A stretch of DNA of 64,000 nt from Podarcis bocagei (Eukaryota): NCBI GenBank assembly GCA_964188305.1, contig OZ076889.1, one strand, 5' to 3'. This document shows positions 1 through 13,551 of this stretch, one piece after another. The notes under the pieces are model-generated. The model had not been told where the DNA came from. It was given only the letters and a program-made list of their open reading frames with translations, and did no database searches. The number at the start of each line of letters is the position of its first letter. Positions within the stretch are counted from its first letter, which is position 1. The position numbers were made by a program, and so were the translations under genes.

Positions 1-720
1 CCTTCTCTTTTCACCCAACCATGAACCTTTTCCAAATCATTGCCCCATCAGGCACACACATGTCAATTACATTTCTATTGGCAACAGTGGGACTTTTCTT
101 TCTAAACATAATTGCTGCCTGTTTTGTTCTCAGTCTCTGCCTTAGTGCAGAATTTGCCCTTTTTTTGCTACACACTGGTTTGACCCTCGTGTTTTGGGCT
201 TTCTACACAACCCAATATCTCTTTATTTAATTGCAGGCATGAATATATAAGTTGGGACACTCCACTTTAGATCTTGTTTGCTCTTTGCTGGTCAATCACC
301 TTAAGCACCTGTCTGTTTCCCATCCTTATCACTTTCAAAAGTTTTTGCCTATAATTTTGCTTTTTCTATTTAAAAACCGCTCTTTAAATAGCATTTTAAT
401 ATCATCTCAATCTTTATTTTCTCCCAATATATGCCTTTCAATGTGTATTTTGATCCCCCCCCATTGTCAAGAACTATGTTACAACATTGCAAAATACCTG
501 GACTGCTAAATTTCAGTCCACATGTTAGTCCCAGATGTGCAGATTAGGTAAATTCAAATGAGAATCCACAAAGAAAGAAATCTTCAAGTTTCTTTAATTC
601 AATTTAGATAGATCCGTTTGGAGCACTTTGCATTCTTTTGGGGTTTTCCTATCGTCCTGGATAACTTGCTGTCACCCATAAAACTCTCTGGTGTTTTTCT
701 TAAAGAATTGTATTAAAAAT
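1..720 (-). mobile_element. Possible old, decayed LINE (L1-like) ORF2 fragment
   Basis: T-rich plus strand (A-rich minus strand). The minus strand gives interrupted LINE-like peptide bits (G-V-P-N-L-like near 250-270). No intact ORF; boundaries approximate. Confidence 0.3.
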
Positions 721-2373
721 GATTGGCAGTTATTGTATAGATCTATTGCCTGTTTGATTGGTAACACATTTTTAATTGACCAAATTAACCTATTGATTAA
801 CTGTCACAGTCTTAATATTATGATGTTGTGAGCATATAATTGATACCTCTTTAATATCAGAAATATTCACCATTTCTTTTAGTGCATACCAACCTATACC
901 AGTCTTTCTCCCTTTTCTTCTTCTTCTTGAGGGGGGTTATAAAATTCTCTGGCTTCCTCTCCCACATCCTGTTAGTAATGCAGAAATGTGAAGAAATCAA
1001 ATCATTATTGATTTACAACACAGATAATTATATAGATGAATGTATGATAAGGCTTCCTAATAGAATTCTGTCAATCTATTCCAGGCACATCTTTCCCATT
1101 ATGTGTTTGCCGAAACTATATGATGGAATTCTGCCAGTGACATTTGAGTGATAGTGACTTTGATTTCAAAGGAAATGTTTCAGGTTCATTTCATTACCTT
1201 AGAAAAGTAAAAGCAAATTTGCCTTGTAAAAAGCAATTACTTCTTGGCTGACCAGTGCACAATAGCAATATAAAAAAGATTTCTCATTCCGCTATTCAAA
1301 TCCTGAACTAGCAAACCAGTGTTTGATTTTGCTTTAAACCAATTTTACCTTGTTTGAATTGCAAAACCATTTAATCTTCATAAAGTAGGTTATTATAATG
1401 GAGATCATATTGTATTGGTACCTTATACTGGCTATGGGACAAACAAGAATCTATTTTTTTTTTCATGCTTCATCTTTGGGGAGGGAAGCAACAGTATTAA
1501 ATATGCAACATTTGCATTTCTTCTGGCTGAGAAGTTGTCGAGTCTTTAGAATCGAAGAAAAATATTAACTAATAATGATATCCGCTTCGGTTTCAGGCTC
1601 TGGGGACAGGTACAATGTCACTTTATCCCTCTACAGAGCTGGTTCTAAATACATTTTAGTAGGAATTGCAACTGAATGATGTATCGTTCCTCATAAATAT
1701 CCATCTCTCACCAGGGAAGGTAATACTGTTGTGGGAAGGAACTGTGTAGCTTGGTACCTCATTTCCTGCACATTACTGGAGATGGGGCAGTCAATGGGAA
1801 TCTCACATGACTGAAATGTATGGATCATGCATATATTAAATAAAGGAAAGCAATCTCATTACCATGGCTTCTTGGCTTCTTGGCATTCCAGAAACCCTAT
1901 AGCAATCATTATATTTAATACATATTTAATAGAAATTAATAAATGGTAGGATTTTCATTATTTGGGAAATGAAGGGAGAAATACAAACTGCAAAGGAATT
2001 CCTGAGCCCAAAGTGATAAAGAGTCTCGTGTACTACTGACCCTAGGAGCCAACTCCTAGGTGCCAAGGTCCCTTCTACCCCCCCAATAAAATATTTGAGG
2101 ATGGTGCCCCCCCATCTGATGGGCACCAGTGGTTTGTGTGTTCTGTGTCATGTGAAGTGGGACTTATCTGACCCCCTATTTTATTCAAGTTGACACCCCT
2201 GCTATTGAATGAGTTATTCACAGTCAGTGGTGCATTGAATCTTTGCTTATGACGCAGTAGCCCAGATTACATAGGTGACAATGCCGGTACACACACATTG
2301 TGTACTTCCCTGGTGTAAGTTTATCTGTGGCATTCATGCAACAAGGTATAAGCATGCTTATTCAGTGGTAAGT

Positions 2374-2770
2374 ATGGACAAACCTGTCCGTTTCCATTTC
2401 TCCCAGGTTGTCATTCCCACCCTCATTCTTAAGTTTGTCACATTCCTTCATCAGTTTGCCTTTTAAAAAAGTCTTGAGACTTTCTCAGCATTGTTGTGTG
2501 AATTTCTCCTAATCTGCACAAATTGGAATGCAATTTTGCCTAATATAGACATACTTCCCCAAGCAATTTCCTCTAATACCTTTCTGTAGATACACCTTTC
2601 TCTACACTTCATCCTAATTCTTTTGCTTGGAGAACTGCATTGCAAAATTCAAGGAGTGCAATCTTCAAATGATAGCCGCATTTCAGCAATTGTGTTTTGC
2701 TGGAAAATGTGGATTAGGTTGATTCCCATTAACATGCAACCTGAATTCAACTGCTCCTCAATCCCTACTC
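2374..2770. repeat. Degenerate dispersed repeat, related to about 16015-16430 and 21540-21770
   Basis: Shared motifs such as ggagaactgcattgcaaaatt / aattttgcag..gttctc, catttctc and gtggagaactgaa recur among the three loci. Family not identified; boundaries approximate. Confidence 0.45.
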
Positions 2771-3024
2771 AGAGGTAATTTATACTACATTCAACTGGGT
2801 TTCTTGCCAAGTAAGTATGGCCAGAATTTCAGGTTTTATCTCCTTTTTATGTTGCCATACAGAATTGAAGGGAGGGAAAAATACTCCCAGCTCTTAATTT
2901 GGTGGCAGCTGCTATAGGACATCTCTTATTTTTAAGGATTTTTTTTGGGGGGGGGGGACTCAGTATGTGAAACGCATATATGCAGAATATATTCCAAGTA
3001 TACCAAGTTTCCAGGATGCAGGAT

Positions 3025-3568
3025 GAAGATGTGCCACTGTATTCTGCTCTGGTCAGACCTCACCTGGAGTACTGTGTCAAGTTCTGGGCACCACAGTTCA
3101 AGAAGGACACTGACAAACTGGAACGTGTCCAGAGGAGGGCAACCAAAGTGGTCAAAGGCCTGGAAACGATGCCTTATGAGGAACGGCTAAGGGAGCTGGG
3201 CATGTTTAGCCTGCAGAAGAGGAGGTTAAGGGGTGATATGATAGCCATGTTCAAACATATAAAAGGATGTCATATAGAGGAGGGAGAAAGGTTGTTTTCT
3301 GCTGCTCCAGAGAAGCGGACACGGAGCAATGGATCCAAACTACAAGAAAGAAGATTCCACCTAAACATTAGGAAGAACTTCCTGACAGTAAGAGCTGTTC
3401 GACAGTGGAATTTGCTGCCAAGGAGTGTGTTGGAGTCTCCTTCTTTGGAGGTCTTTAAGCAGAGGCTTGACAAGCATATGTCAGGAGTGCTCTGATGGTA
3501 TTTCCTGCTTGGCAGGGGGTTGGACTCAATGGCCCTTGTGGTCTATTCCAACTCTATGATTCTATGAT
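3025..3568 (+). mobile_element. CR1 LINE, 5'-truncated: ORF2 C-terminus plus 3' tail
   Basis: ORF 2980-3495 encodes [20 protein letters not shown]...[20 protein letters not shown]...WNLLP, the CR1 ORF2 end. It is followed by the CR1 terminal repeat ttccaactctatgattctatgat. Confidence 0.95.
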
Positions 3569-3591
3569 GCAGGGAAATGCAGTTCTGTAGA

Positions 3592-3690
3592 TCAGCCTTC
3601 ACCAAATTTGTGCCCATCAGATTTTTGTACTACAACTCCCATCAGCCCCAGTCGGCATGGCCAATGATCAGGGACAATGGGAGCTAAGAC
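3592..3690. mobile_element. Partial hAT-type MITE (tacaactcccatc family)
   Basis: Shares the core tacaactcccatca...gggac/gatggga with the 10610 element. Confidence 0.55.
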
Positions 3691-4958
3691 TGGGAAGACA
3701 GAACTGGCAAGTTTCACTCAGTAGAAGTGAAGTGGACAAGTCTATTTTCTCTTTATACATGTGGGTAGGTAGTAAGAAAGTTGGCTTTTAGGGAGAATGT
3801 GATATTATTTTTGCTGCTTCCAAATCTATGTTTCATCTAGCTACTTTCAATTAAAGTTTGATCTTAGATAATCCCAGGTATTTGACTTTAAATACTAAAG
3901 GCAAATGTGGTTCTCTGCTTTTTATCCAGCTGCTGAAATAGCAGCTGTAACAGCTGAACATTTGTGTGTGTGTGTCTATTTGCTTTTAATTAACACTTTA
4001 TATGTTTGTTCCAGCAGAAGTTAAATTTTCAGTCTGGCTGAGTTAGGTTATATAAATTCCAAAATCCCAGGGAGCAGGAAACAGGGATATACACTTACAA
4101 TCTTTTATGAATTGGAAAGAAAGAACTTCCTCTCATCAGAATATATTTTAGCAGATGAGTAAGCAGAGCATTAGTCAGGATGTGAAGTGTCCACAGTCTA
4201 GCAATCCATATAAAGAAAGGAAGATATGTAAATTTACCAGGGTTATGTTGGAAGTCAGCATATTACAATTTGTTGTTCTTACTCCCATCTTGAGCCGCAG
4301 TCGGTTCCTCTCTGCTGAATGATTAATGTCTGAAAAGGTGACAGTATCGAAAGAGAACTTGGTCCCTGAATCAGAAGGAATGTCAAGCGAAGCTGTGTAT
4401 CATCTGCATAGGAACAAAAATAGACTAATAGTGGCTACAAATGATATCTCGGAGCAGCACTAGATAAATATTAAACAACAGGGGACCCTGTATTTGTGAA
4501 AGGCAGATGCCCATAAATCATGCCAAACTGCCGAATTAATCCAGAAAGATTTTTTAAAAAGTGAAACCAAGGAAGTGAAATATTAGACAAATTCTGCTGT
4601 TTGAGATATTGTCCTCATCTAAAAATATTGATTGGACCAACTTTCCCATATATGACTGTTGAGAAGGTGAATATATTAAACCCCACGGGTAGCTTAGATC
4701 ATGATTAGAGTGGCAGGGATTACTACAGTCAAACCTACATTTCTTGTAAGGAGAAGTCACAATAACTTTGCTAATGTTGTGCAGATACGGGGGAAAGAAC
4801 TGTAGGTGATATAAGGAGAAGAGCTTGAGAGATGAAGCTGTCTTATGTCCAATCAGATCTACAGCCCATCTAGTTCTCTATTGTCTACTCCAAGTGGCAG
4901 TTTCAGTCCAAAGCCTCAAGTAGGGGGTCTTCACCCGATATCTATCTATCTATCAGAT

Positions 4959-5174
4959 NNNNNNNNNNNNNNNNNNNNNNNNNNNNNNNNNNNNNNNNNN
5001 NNNNNNNNNNNNNNNNNNNNNNNNNNNNNNNNNNNNNNNNNNNNNNNNNNNNNNNNNNNNNNNNNNNNNNNNNNNNNNNNNNNNNNNNNNNNNNNNNNNN
5101 NNNNNNNNNNNNNNNNNNNNNNNNNNNNNNNNNNNNNNNNNNNNNNNNNNNNNNNNNNNNNNNNNNNNNNNNNN
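4959..5174. other. Assembly gap (N run)
   Basis: Run of n, preceded by a short (TATC)n. Confidence 1.
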
Positions 5175-7184
5175 AAGCTATGAGCTAGAAAATGAGGCTA
5201 CATTCCAACAGCCTTTATTTGGATTTCCTGACTTTTCAATGATAAGTTTTATATTATATTGCACATAACATAGCAGGCACTGGAAATCTAGTGGAATCTA
5301 GTGTGAAAGTTGTGCTCATTTCCATGTTAATTGCTTCCAGAAAAAAAATCAACAGTATGGACAAAGGGCATGTGACCTACCCCAAGTGACAGTTTCATAG
5401 AGATGTCTATCATTTAGCTACATGCTGAAAATATTCAGACAAGAATGGCAGTAACCAGCAAAGCAGAAATCAAAAGGCTGTAGACATGTTTCATACATAT
5501 AGCTGCCATGTTGGTGTGATTGATCTTTATAGCACTCCTGAAAAAAACTCACAGATATTATTCTTGCAGGATTCCTCTTCCCACCCCCAGGATGTTTGGT
5601 GCATTGCTAATATGATTACATAGGTGAACATTCTCATTCACTGTGAATTTCTGCTATGCACACAGTATAAGTAGCTCCTTTGTTGAGTCAGAACCCAAGA
5701 AACTCTCTTTGCATAAAATGCTATTCTATCGGGGTCAAGTGAAGTAAAAAGACATTTCATTTAGACATATCAGGTCATGAAAATATTCCTTTCCTGAAGA
5801 CTATATTTCCCCCAGAAATCCTACTCAAGCAGCTTATGACTCCCTGTAAATTTGGAAAACTAATTCATATCTATAATTTTATATCAAATACATCTATTAT
5901 CAAAGCTGCACTCATAGTTGGAATATGCAAAAATCATGAACAATTATTTATAAATAGGATCTCTATTTCTGCAGCTGCTAATATAAGATGTAAGACTGCA
6001 GTTCTACACACCCTTAATGGAACTTACTTCTGAGTAGGCATGCATAGATCATGTGGTAAATCTGGCACTGCATTACAAATCTAGAAAAGTACAGCTCTTT
6101 GGAAGTGCTAAAATTGAATTTTCACAGGTTGTACGAAAGCAATTGTAACAACGATTTCGGAAGCTTTTGCATAATAATACAACAATATGATCTAGGCAAT
6201 ATGATGGCAGCCAAAACGAAAGCCTTGCACTGTTTGAGCAGAATAAGATGGATGCTCATTAAATGTTTGATTTAAAAGTTCAAAGCAAAGTACATTGAGA
6301 AATCAAGCTGTCCACAGGTATGAAACACTTTTTGAAGAGAGATGGAAAGTGAGTGACTAACACCATATTCAGCTGTGGGAAGAGACTAATATAATGAGAT
6401 CTTTAAAAGGAAAAAGGCTATCACATCAGAGAGATGAAGATTAAGGTAGCAGAAGACATCAAGAAACGTTTCCCCCCATGTTGAATTTAATGTTAATGGA
6501 AAAAGGCCCTGCTTGGCAGCCAATGAAAATAAAAAACCACATGTTTATAGAGCAAGTTTTCCCCCATTTAGTCAAAACAAAAATCCTAGACATGCTTCAT
6601 AGGTCATTAAGTATCTATTATAAACGGTGACACAGAGACAAAGGCTCCTTTAAGAATGAGTGTATTCCATTCACTCTGCCCCCTCCCTCTTTGCCTTCTC
6701 TGATGATCTGGCCAGCAAGATATTAATGAACGGTAATTGGTATTTGCTTTAGTCTGCACTATGAACATCTGTCCTCCATAAACTGAGCTCAGATGGGCAA
6801 CTCATTCTTAGAATGATTGAAGAGCAATCAAATAATAAATTTCAATAATTGGACGACCCAGTTCATTATTAGATTATTTACTTGGAAACAACATATACCA
6901 TATTCCATTAAAAAAAATCTGATTCTCTGAGTATCAGTGAATTACAGCTTATAAGTGTGTTTGGATAACTAACATGTGCTTATATGTACAGAAGAGACAT
7001 CAATCCATTCCTTATTTATACCCAAGACTAACTTTTTTTTTTCCATTTGAGTTTTTTTGGAAGTAATTTGGAGCTTTGGCTGCCATGATCTAGAGTGAGC
7101 ACACTAAACCATGGGCAGGACTGCATATGTAAGATCTGTGATTTGAGCTTATCGATCCTTCCTCCAGCTCAAACACAATGGACT

Positions 7185-7622
7185 CCTGCAATGCACTCTA
7201 CATGGGGCTACCTTTGAAGGTGACCCAGGAACATTAACTAATTCAGAATGTGGCAGCTAGACTGGTGACTGGGAGTGGCCACCGAAACCATATAACACTG
7301 GTCCTGAAAGACCTACATTGGCTCCTAGTACGTTTCCGAGCACAATTCAAAGTGCTTGTGCTGACCTTTAAAACCCAGCCTTGGTCCAGTACACCTGAAG
7401 GAGTGTCTTCACCCCCATCATTCCACCCGGACACTGACGTCCAGCTCCGAGGGCCTTCTGGCAGTTCCTTCACTACGAGAAGTGAGGTTGCGGGGAACCA
7501 GGCGGAGGGCCTTCTTGGTAGTGGTGCCCGCCCTTTGGAATGCCCTCCCTTCAGATGTCAAGGAAATAAGCAACTATCTGGCTTTTAGAAGACATCTGAA
7601 AGCAGCCCTGTTTAGGGAAGTT
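7185..7622 (+). mobile_element. L2 LINE 3' ORF2 fragment, frameshifted
   Basis: Close match to the 41155 L2 copy (AARLVTG...HITxVLKDLHWL...FKVLVLTFK...WNALPSDVK...FRRHLKAALFRE). Ends in (TAT)n. Confidence 0.92.

Positions 7623-7624
<2 letters not shown>

Positions 7625-7673
<49 letters not shown>
7625..7673. repeat. (TAT)n microsatellite
   Basis: Perfect trinucleotide run. Confidence 0.97.
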
Positions 7674-7675
<2 letters not shown>

Positions 7676-8369
7676 CAATTTACCACCATTACTCCAGGAT
7701 CCCTGTTAGATTCTGTGTGTTGTGATTCAGATGACAACCCTATCAGATTATAGCAGCTCAGGTTGGTTAAGAAGCTTGCACTGGCACGCTATGGTTGTTG
7801 GAAAACAAGGCAACTCTCCCCGGCTCTCGGCTTGTTTACTGGTGACCTCCCTGGCTGCAATCCCCGCAAGTCCAGGATAGGTCTCAATAGGCGACATCTC
7901 CCAGTGTGGGAAAATGCACACCCCCTCCCTCCTTGCTTCCCTGCAGGGAAAGGAGATAGTCAGAAAAGTCTATTTACATCTCTTTATTTCTGACTTTGCA
8001 GCACTACACAAAAAATGTCCGATCAGTTCAGACTTCAGCAAGCAAGTGATGAAGACTTCCTTTACAAGCACAACAGGAAGGTCTCAAATTACACACTGAG
8101 CAAATTCTGGTGAATCGCCCTGTGAACTGACTGTAACATTGTTTCCCACAGTCAGCCCCATCATGTGATGTTTTCACCAAGCTGGTTTGCAGCTGCATTG
8201 CATTCATATCGTAACAATGGTGACGTTATCATAGGTTCAGGTGACTCCTGTCCATGCATGGGTTGGCCTAAAATCACTGGGAGAATTATTGCCTCTTGGT
8301 AGACTACAATGTTAGGCAAGCCATCCATACCTGTTTCATTCTCAGAAGCCACTTCACAGATTCAGTGCC

Positions 8370-8440
8370 AATAATAATAATAATAATTTTTTATTTATAT
8401 CCCGCCCTCCCCAGCCGAAGCCGGGCTCAGGGCGGCTGAC
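8370..8440 (-). mobile_element. L2-type 3' tail fragment with (AAT)n
   Basis: tttatttatatcccgccctccccagcc...ggcggct resembles the reverse complement of the L2 3' end at 41970-42020. Confidence 0.6.
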
Positions 8441-10609
8441 TTACTGGGAACTGACTTACTGACTTACTTACAATAGGGGTTGCAATAGGGGTTGCAATTT
8501 TGAATATTCAGATGTATAATCTGTCATGAACTGACAGGGCACCAAGAAAGGGGAAGAGGCTTCCGGTGAGGGGTGTAGCCATGATTGGTACAAACCAGAA
8601 AAACCTGAAGATGGGGAAGGAGAGGTTGGGGACTTAAAAGTGAATATTACTTCTAAGTTAGTGAGCATGGGGTGCGAGATTTAGCCAATCAATATAGCTC
8701 TAGTTGACATATCATTATTAGTATCTTATACGTGTTTCACTTTACAATGTGCATCATTTTAGCAAGAATAAAGCTAAATCGCTAACATTTATATGTGGCA
8801 AAGTTTAATAGCAATTCATAATCTATACACATCAGGAACTGCAAACTTCAAATTGTCATTTGAAAGTCTATTTGACCCCCAACTAGAACAGAACCAAATA
8901 ACAATCAAATCAGATTAGTACTTCAGAATAATAATTACTTCTAACAGAAAATATGGTTGGTGCACATGGTAGAGAAATAATGTCATGCTAGGAGACAAAT
9001 ATTGACTTTGGTGATGTATATACACACAAAAAATAGAGATACTTCAAAAGGTTATAATGGAGGAAAGCTTTTGTCTTGGTTTATAATATTGGATTTGTAA
9101 CCTGTCTGCCTCATTCCAAATTGTAATGGGGTCAGTTTGCCCATCATTGAACATAATGCAACGCATCCCAGTATAACTGTCTCCCCCTTGGTGTGTTAAA
9201 TAATATTTGTGGGACGTATTGCATGGAAGTACCTGCTGACAATATAATAGTCTTTTCTGTGCAGTCATTTAGCAACGTTGCACTGTTCCAAATGGTCACC
9301 ATCGACAATAGCCTACTGTGAAAATAAAAACAGTTTTCTTCTTCTCTCTGGTTGTTCAGAGGGAATCTCAATGAAATTTAAACATGGATTTAAAACATGT
9401 TTCTGCTGTCACCAAATTACTCTTTGCTGTGCCTGACTGCAGGCAGCCAGAGCCATTTGGCTGATCAGTACAGAATTTGTGCAACAAATTGAGAGAGAAA
9501 AAATCTAATGACAATTAAATGCTAATGACAATTAAACTTTCTGACAACAGAATTTCTAGGCTGTCAGAGCACAACAGCTCATACTAATTAATAAGCAATA
9601 TGCTCATTTATTTGTTTATTACAGGATTAATGCCTTTGCCTTCAAAGGACTTCCATTCCAAAGCTGTCCTTAAAAGAGATAAAATAAAAATAAGTTAAGG
9701 GATGACGATGCATTAGAAATTAAAAATAAGAGAAGCATAAAAACAATTTGTCAGGGAATAAAGCTGTTAAAAGCCTTTTCATTTTAAAATATATATATTT
9801 ATTGTTGCTTATTATATTAACAATGCATATGATTGGTACACAATGTGAAAGGAGCTGTTGCAAAGCTCAATTAATCCTTACATAGGAGACACATCTGGTT
9901 TGGCCTTAAGTCTCTAAATGAAAACCAGTATGCCCAGATTGCTTATTTTTGTTGTTTATATTTCCACTGTGATAACTCCTTCCCCCTGCTCAAGGCATGG
10001 TAAGGGAAGGAAAAGAGGACAACCCCATAGAAACCCCCACCTCAATCCACACTGTGGCTCCATTGTGTAGGTCCCATTTTGGGGCAGTTAGCCATCTGCT
10101 GCCCCAGGGGACACCCATCTCAACGTAGATCTGTCTCTTAGTGGGGCTAAAGGTTTTTGAAGATTTTGAAAAGCTCTATTTTAACATAAAGCGAAAATTT
10201 AATTTTAAAAAGATTGGGCGTGCACTGGAAGGTTCTGTGCATGCAAAAGAAGCTGCTTGTGAAGGAGCAACGACCACACAATATCAGATGCCCTTCATTT
10301 AACAGCTGTTAAGCAGGCAGACCCGATACCATCATCATCATCATCACCATTTTGTTTACCATGCTGCTTTGGTGTAAGCGGCTTCCCTGCATGTCAGATG
10401 GCTCTGGGATCTCAACCTGAACTGTAGCAATCTAGGGCTGACACAACCTGGCTTGAACGGAGGCCAGATCCCTCCAAACAGGCCCAATGTGGCTCAGGAT
10501 TTGGGGTTCAGTCAAATCTGGTCCACAGCCCTAACAAGCAACCTACAGGAAGTCTGCATCCAGCACTAAGGAAATGTGCTGTAAGGAAAAGATATGTTAA
10601 ACCTTATTT

Positions 10610-10751
10610 CAGGCTTCCTCAACCTCGTCCCTCCAGATGTTTTTGGCCTACAACTCCCATGATCCCTAGCTAGCAGGACCAGTGGTCAGGGATGATGGGA
10701 ACTGCAGTCTCAAAACATCTGGAGGGACGAGGTTGAGGTTGAGGAAGCCTG
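10610..10751. mobile_element. hAT-type MITE, nearly palindromic
   Basis: TIRs caggcttcctcaacctc / gaggttgaggaagcctg with a perfect 8-bp TSD ccttattt (10602-10609, 10752-10759). Confidence 0.92.
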
Positions 10752-10837
10752 CCTTATTTGTTCGTTTGAAGCCTTCCACACAGTTGTCTTGAGGCAATGT
10801 GCATAAAAACAGTGAAAAACAATCAGAAAACAGCAGA

Positions 10838-10838
<1 letters not shown>

Positions 10839-10886
<48 letters not shown>
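10839..10886. repeat. (TTA)n microsatellite
   Basis: Perfect trinucleotide run. Confidence 0.97.
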
Positions 10887-10887
<1 letters not shown>

Positions 10888-11224
10888 AAAGTGGACAACC
10901 ATGGAAGAAGCTCATTCATGCAGCCTAGAAGAAAAATGTCTTCATTTCCTCGCTGGAGAGTGCAAATAGAGGAGGCGTGACACGTCTCGACAGGAATGCA
11001 ATTCCACCAAACACAGGCAGCCACACTAAAAGCCCAACTCCAAGTTACTGCTTCTGATATCTTGCTGTATTTTTAAAGGGACAAGTTCCTGTTGGTTTCG
11101 GGCCTGAAGAACATAAGGTCTATGAGGGCGCAGTAGCCAAAAACAGCAGGTTGACATTGTTGTAAGGCGTGTCGCCCCTGCCCCAGCATTCCCACCAAGG
11201 AATTGAAGGTCACGTACCTGATTC

Positions 11225-11370
11225 TCCCCCTCCCCCATTTTACAACAAGTCTGTGAGGTAGGTTAGACTGAGAGCAGTGACTGGCCCAAGATCACTCAGA
11301 GACCTTAAAGGCTAAGCAGGGATTTCAAAGCTGATCTCCCAGGTCTCAGGTCAACAACAAATCTCACCAT
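11225..11370 (-). mobile_element. Old MIR/CORE-like SINE remnant
   Basis: cccattttac...gtgaggtaggttagactgagagcagtgactggcccaagatcactcag matches the reverse complement of a CORE-SINE-like region. Confidence 0.55.
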
Positions 11371-11518
11371 GACATGCCTTCTTTTATCTAATGATACACA
11401 TACCCAAAAGTGGGACACAGCTCCTATTAGACTGTGACCAGGTGGCCTGGTGGCCTGCTCAGTCTTGTGCTTACTGTTGATGGGCAACTTCAGCACCCTT
11501 CCTGCTTTGGTCTCTCAG

Positions 11519-11724
11519 CAGGGGCGCCATCTCTAGGGGGTCCTAGGGGCCCGAGCACCCACAAAAATTGCAAGACCTTGGAGATGCTGTCCAAGGCCTT
11601 GTGAGGCTTTGTGCCACCAGAAGTTGAGTTCTGAGGCCACGGGGCACATGACATCATGTTGCAATGTGACATCACGTCGCACACACTGGGCACCTATAAC
11701 CTGGGGCCCAAGTCAACGCCCCTG
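11519..11724. mobile_element. hAT-type MITE
   Basis: TIRs caggggcg / cgcccctg with an 8-bp TSD tctctcag/tctcttag (7/8). Confidence 0.8.
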
Positions 11725-13234
11725 TCTCTTAGGGTAATTTACATTTAAAATGAAGCCCTTCAAGTAGAGAGTACCTTCCACCAAAGACTGTCCTCTGACA
11801 ATGCTTCAAACAGAGGGGTGTTCTCTGTAAAGTAGGCCACCTGACCTTTTCTCAAATGGTTGTGCACCAGCTCAGATTTCTGGATGACAGCCATTATTCA
11901 TATTTAAGACAGTGGTAGATAGGAATGTCTCCTAGTTCTGGTATGATTTCAGGATGAGATCTCCACTTCTGGAATTAAATGGTTGGAATATCTAACTGTA
12001 CAGGTGGCTGCCATGGCAATGAGAATCTTTATGCCTCACCTGTAGCCTTCAGGTACATGGATTGGGAGCATGCATGGATGAGCCACATGAGAGCATCTGT
12101 CCACACCATAAGACATCCTATAAAGTTGGCAAGAGGAAAACCTACTGATCGTGTGGTGTGATGGCACCTTCTCTGGCAGCATTCTTGTGGAATTTTTTAA
12201 GCTATGTGCTTTCTGTGCATAACAATATCTAGAGTAAAATTCACACAAGTATTCAATTATTGGGAGAAAATGTTAAAAGTTCAAAAGCAGTTAAGATTGT
12301 TACGAGTGCTGCTATTCACTTAATGCAAGATTCTCAAGAGCAAGCTGCATATAAGAGGACAAGGTAGCTCAAGCTAGCTTTTCTCTGATTCTTTCAAGCT
12401 CCTTTCAATATTTTTCTACACTGGCAAGAAAAGACATTTCAAATAAAGCTATGCAGTCAGTTCTAACACACTGTTATTTAAATAAGAATGAAGAAAGCAA
12501 AATGAGAGCATTTGTATTAAGTAAATGAAAAGTACAGAACATTCCTTTACTATATTAAGAAGAGAAAGAAAACCACAGGTTTATCTTAAGGAGGGAAAGT
12601 TTACTCTTATGTGGTCAAAATTCAGATGTTATGGCTGTGATATGGGAACCATGGCTGCAGTGTTTCTGGGTTCAGTAACGGGAACCAAGAACAGGGAATA
12701 GTTTTATATAAAAAAAGCTTTATTCAGAGAAGTCTCTAAGGCCCTCACACTCCGGAAATGGCAACAGTTATGGACATTGCAATGGGAGCAGTAATATCCC
12801 TGGCTGAGATCCAGCAGTGATAGAGAAGACAACTCTGTGCAATATGTATATCAACCCTTTCTTTTCTCAGAGGTGAACACAGCAAAGTCTATGGGAGATC
12901 ATGCATTGGCTTAAGAAGTATGGTTCCCTAAGGAGGACCCTTCAAATGTGCACTGAATTTCGCATTTGGTAGAATTCTACTCCATCCCAATCTTGGTAGG
13001 TAGATATTTATCATTATTATTTATTAAATTTCTACATCTCCCTTCGTCCTAAATCCCAGGGCAGTTCACAAGGTAGAAATGTCTACAATGGGTAGTGGAA
13101 GCAGCTTCATGGGACATCACATTGTGTAATACCAGAAGCAGCTCAGGGATCGTAGTTGAAGGAGATGGAATTAAATGCACCCCAAGGAAGTAGTGTAAAG
13201 ACTATTTGTCATGCAGAGTTTAAAGATGGGATCT

Positions 13235-13415
13235 GGTAAGTATAGTGATGAAAGTGGGGAGCTGCAGGTTCAAATCTCCACTCAGCCACCAAGTTCTTTG
13301 TGGGACACTGGCCTTATCACCATATCTTCAAGAGTAGCCTACCACACAGGGTTGTTGCAAGGTTCAAATTAAGTGAAAAGCCATATCTACTTCTCTGAAA
13401 TTCTTGCAGGGTGGA
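13235..13415 (+). mobile_element. Old tRNA/CORE-like SINE remnant
   Basis: B-box-like ggttcaaatc followed by agcctaccacacagggttgttg. A similar copy lies at about 23550-23740. Confidence 0.5.
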
Positions 13416-13519
13416 AATGATGATGATGATATCCACACTATTTCCGGTTTGAAGAATAAATCTGTTGTGGTCAAGGGAAGATGATTTGTTGCTGCATTAT
13501 CATCATCATCAACAACACA

Positions 13520-13551
<32 letters not shown>

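Noticed and set aside
2980-3495. 171-aa ORF as a host gene
   Set aside because: It is the CR1 ORF2 tail with a CR1 3' end.
10610-10751. Pre-miRNA hairpin
   Set aside because: The fold-back is explained by MITE TIRs with an 8-bp TSD, and the family is multicopy.
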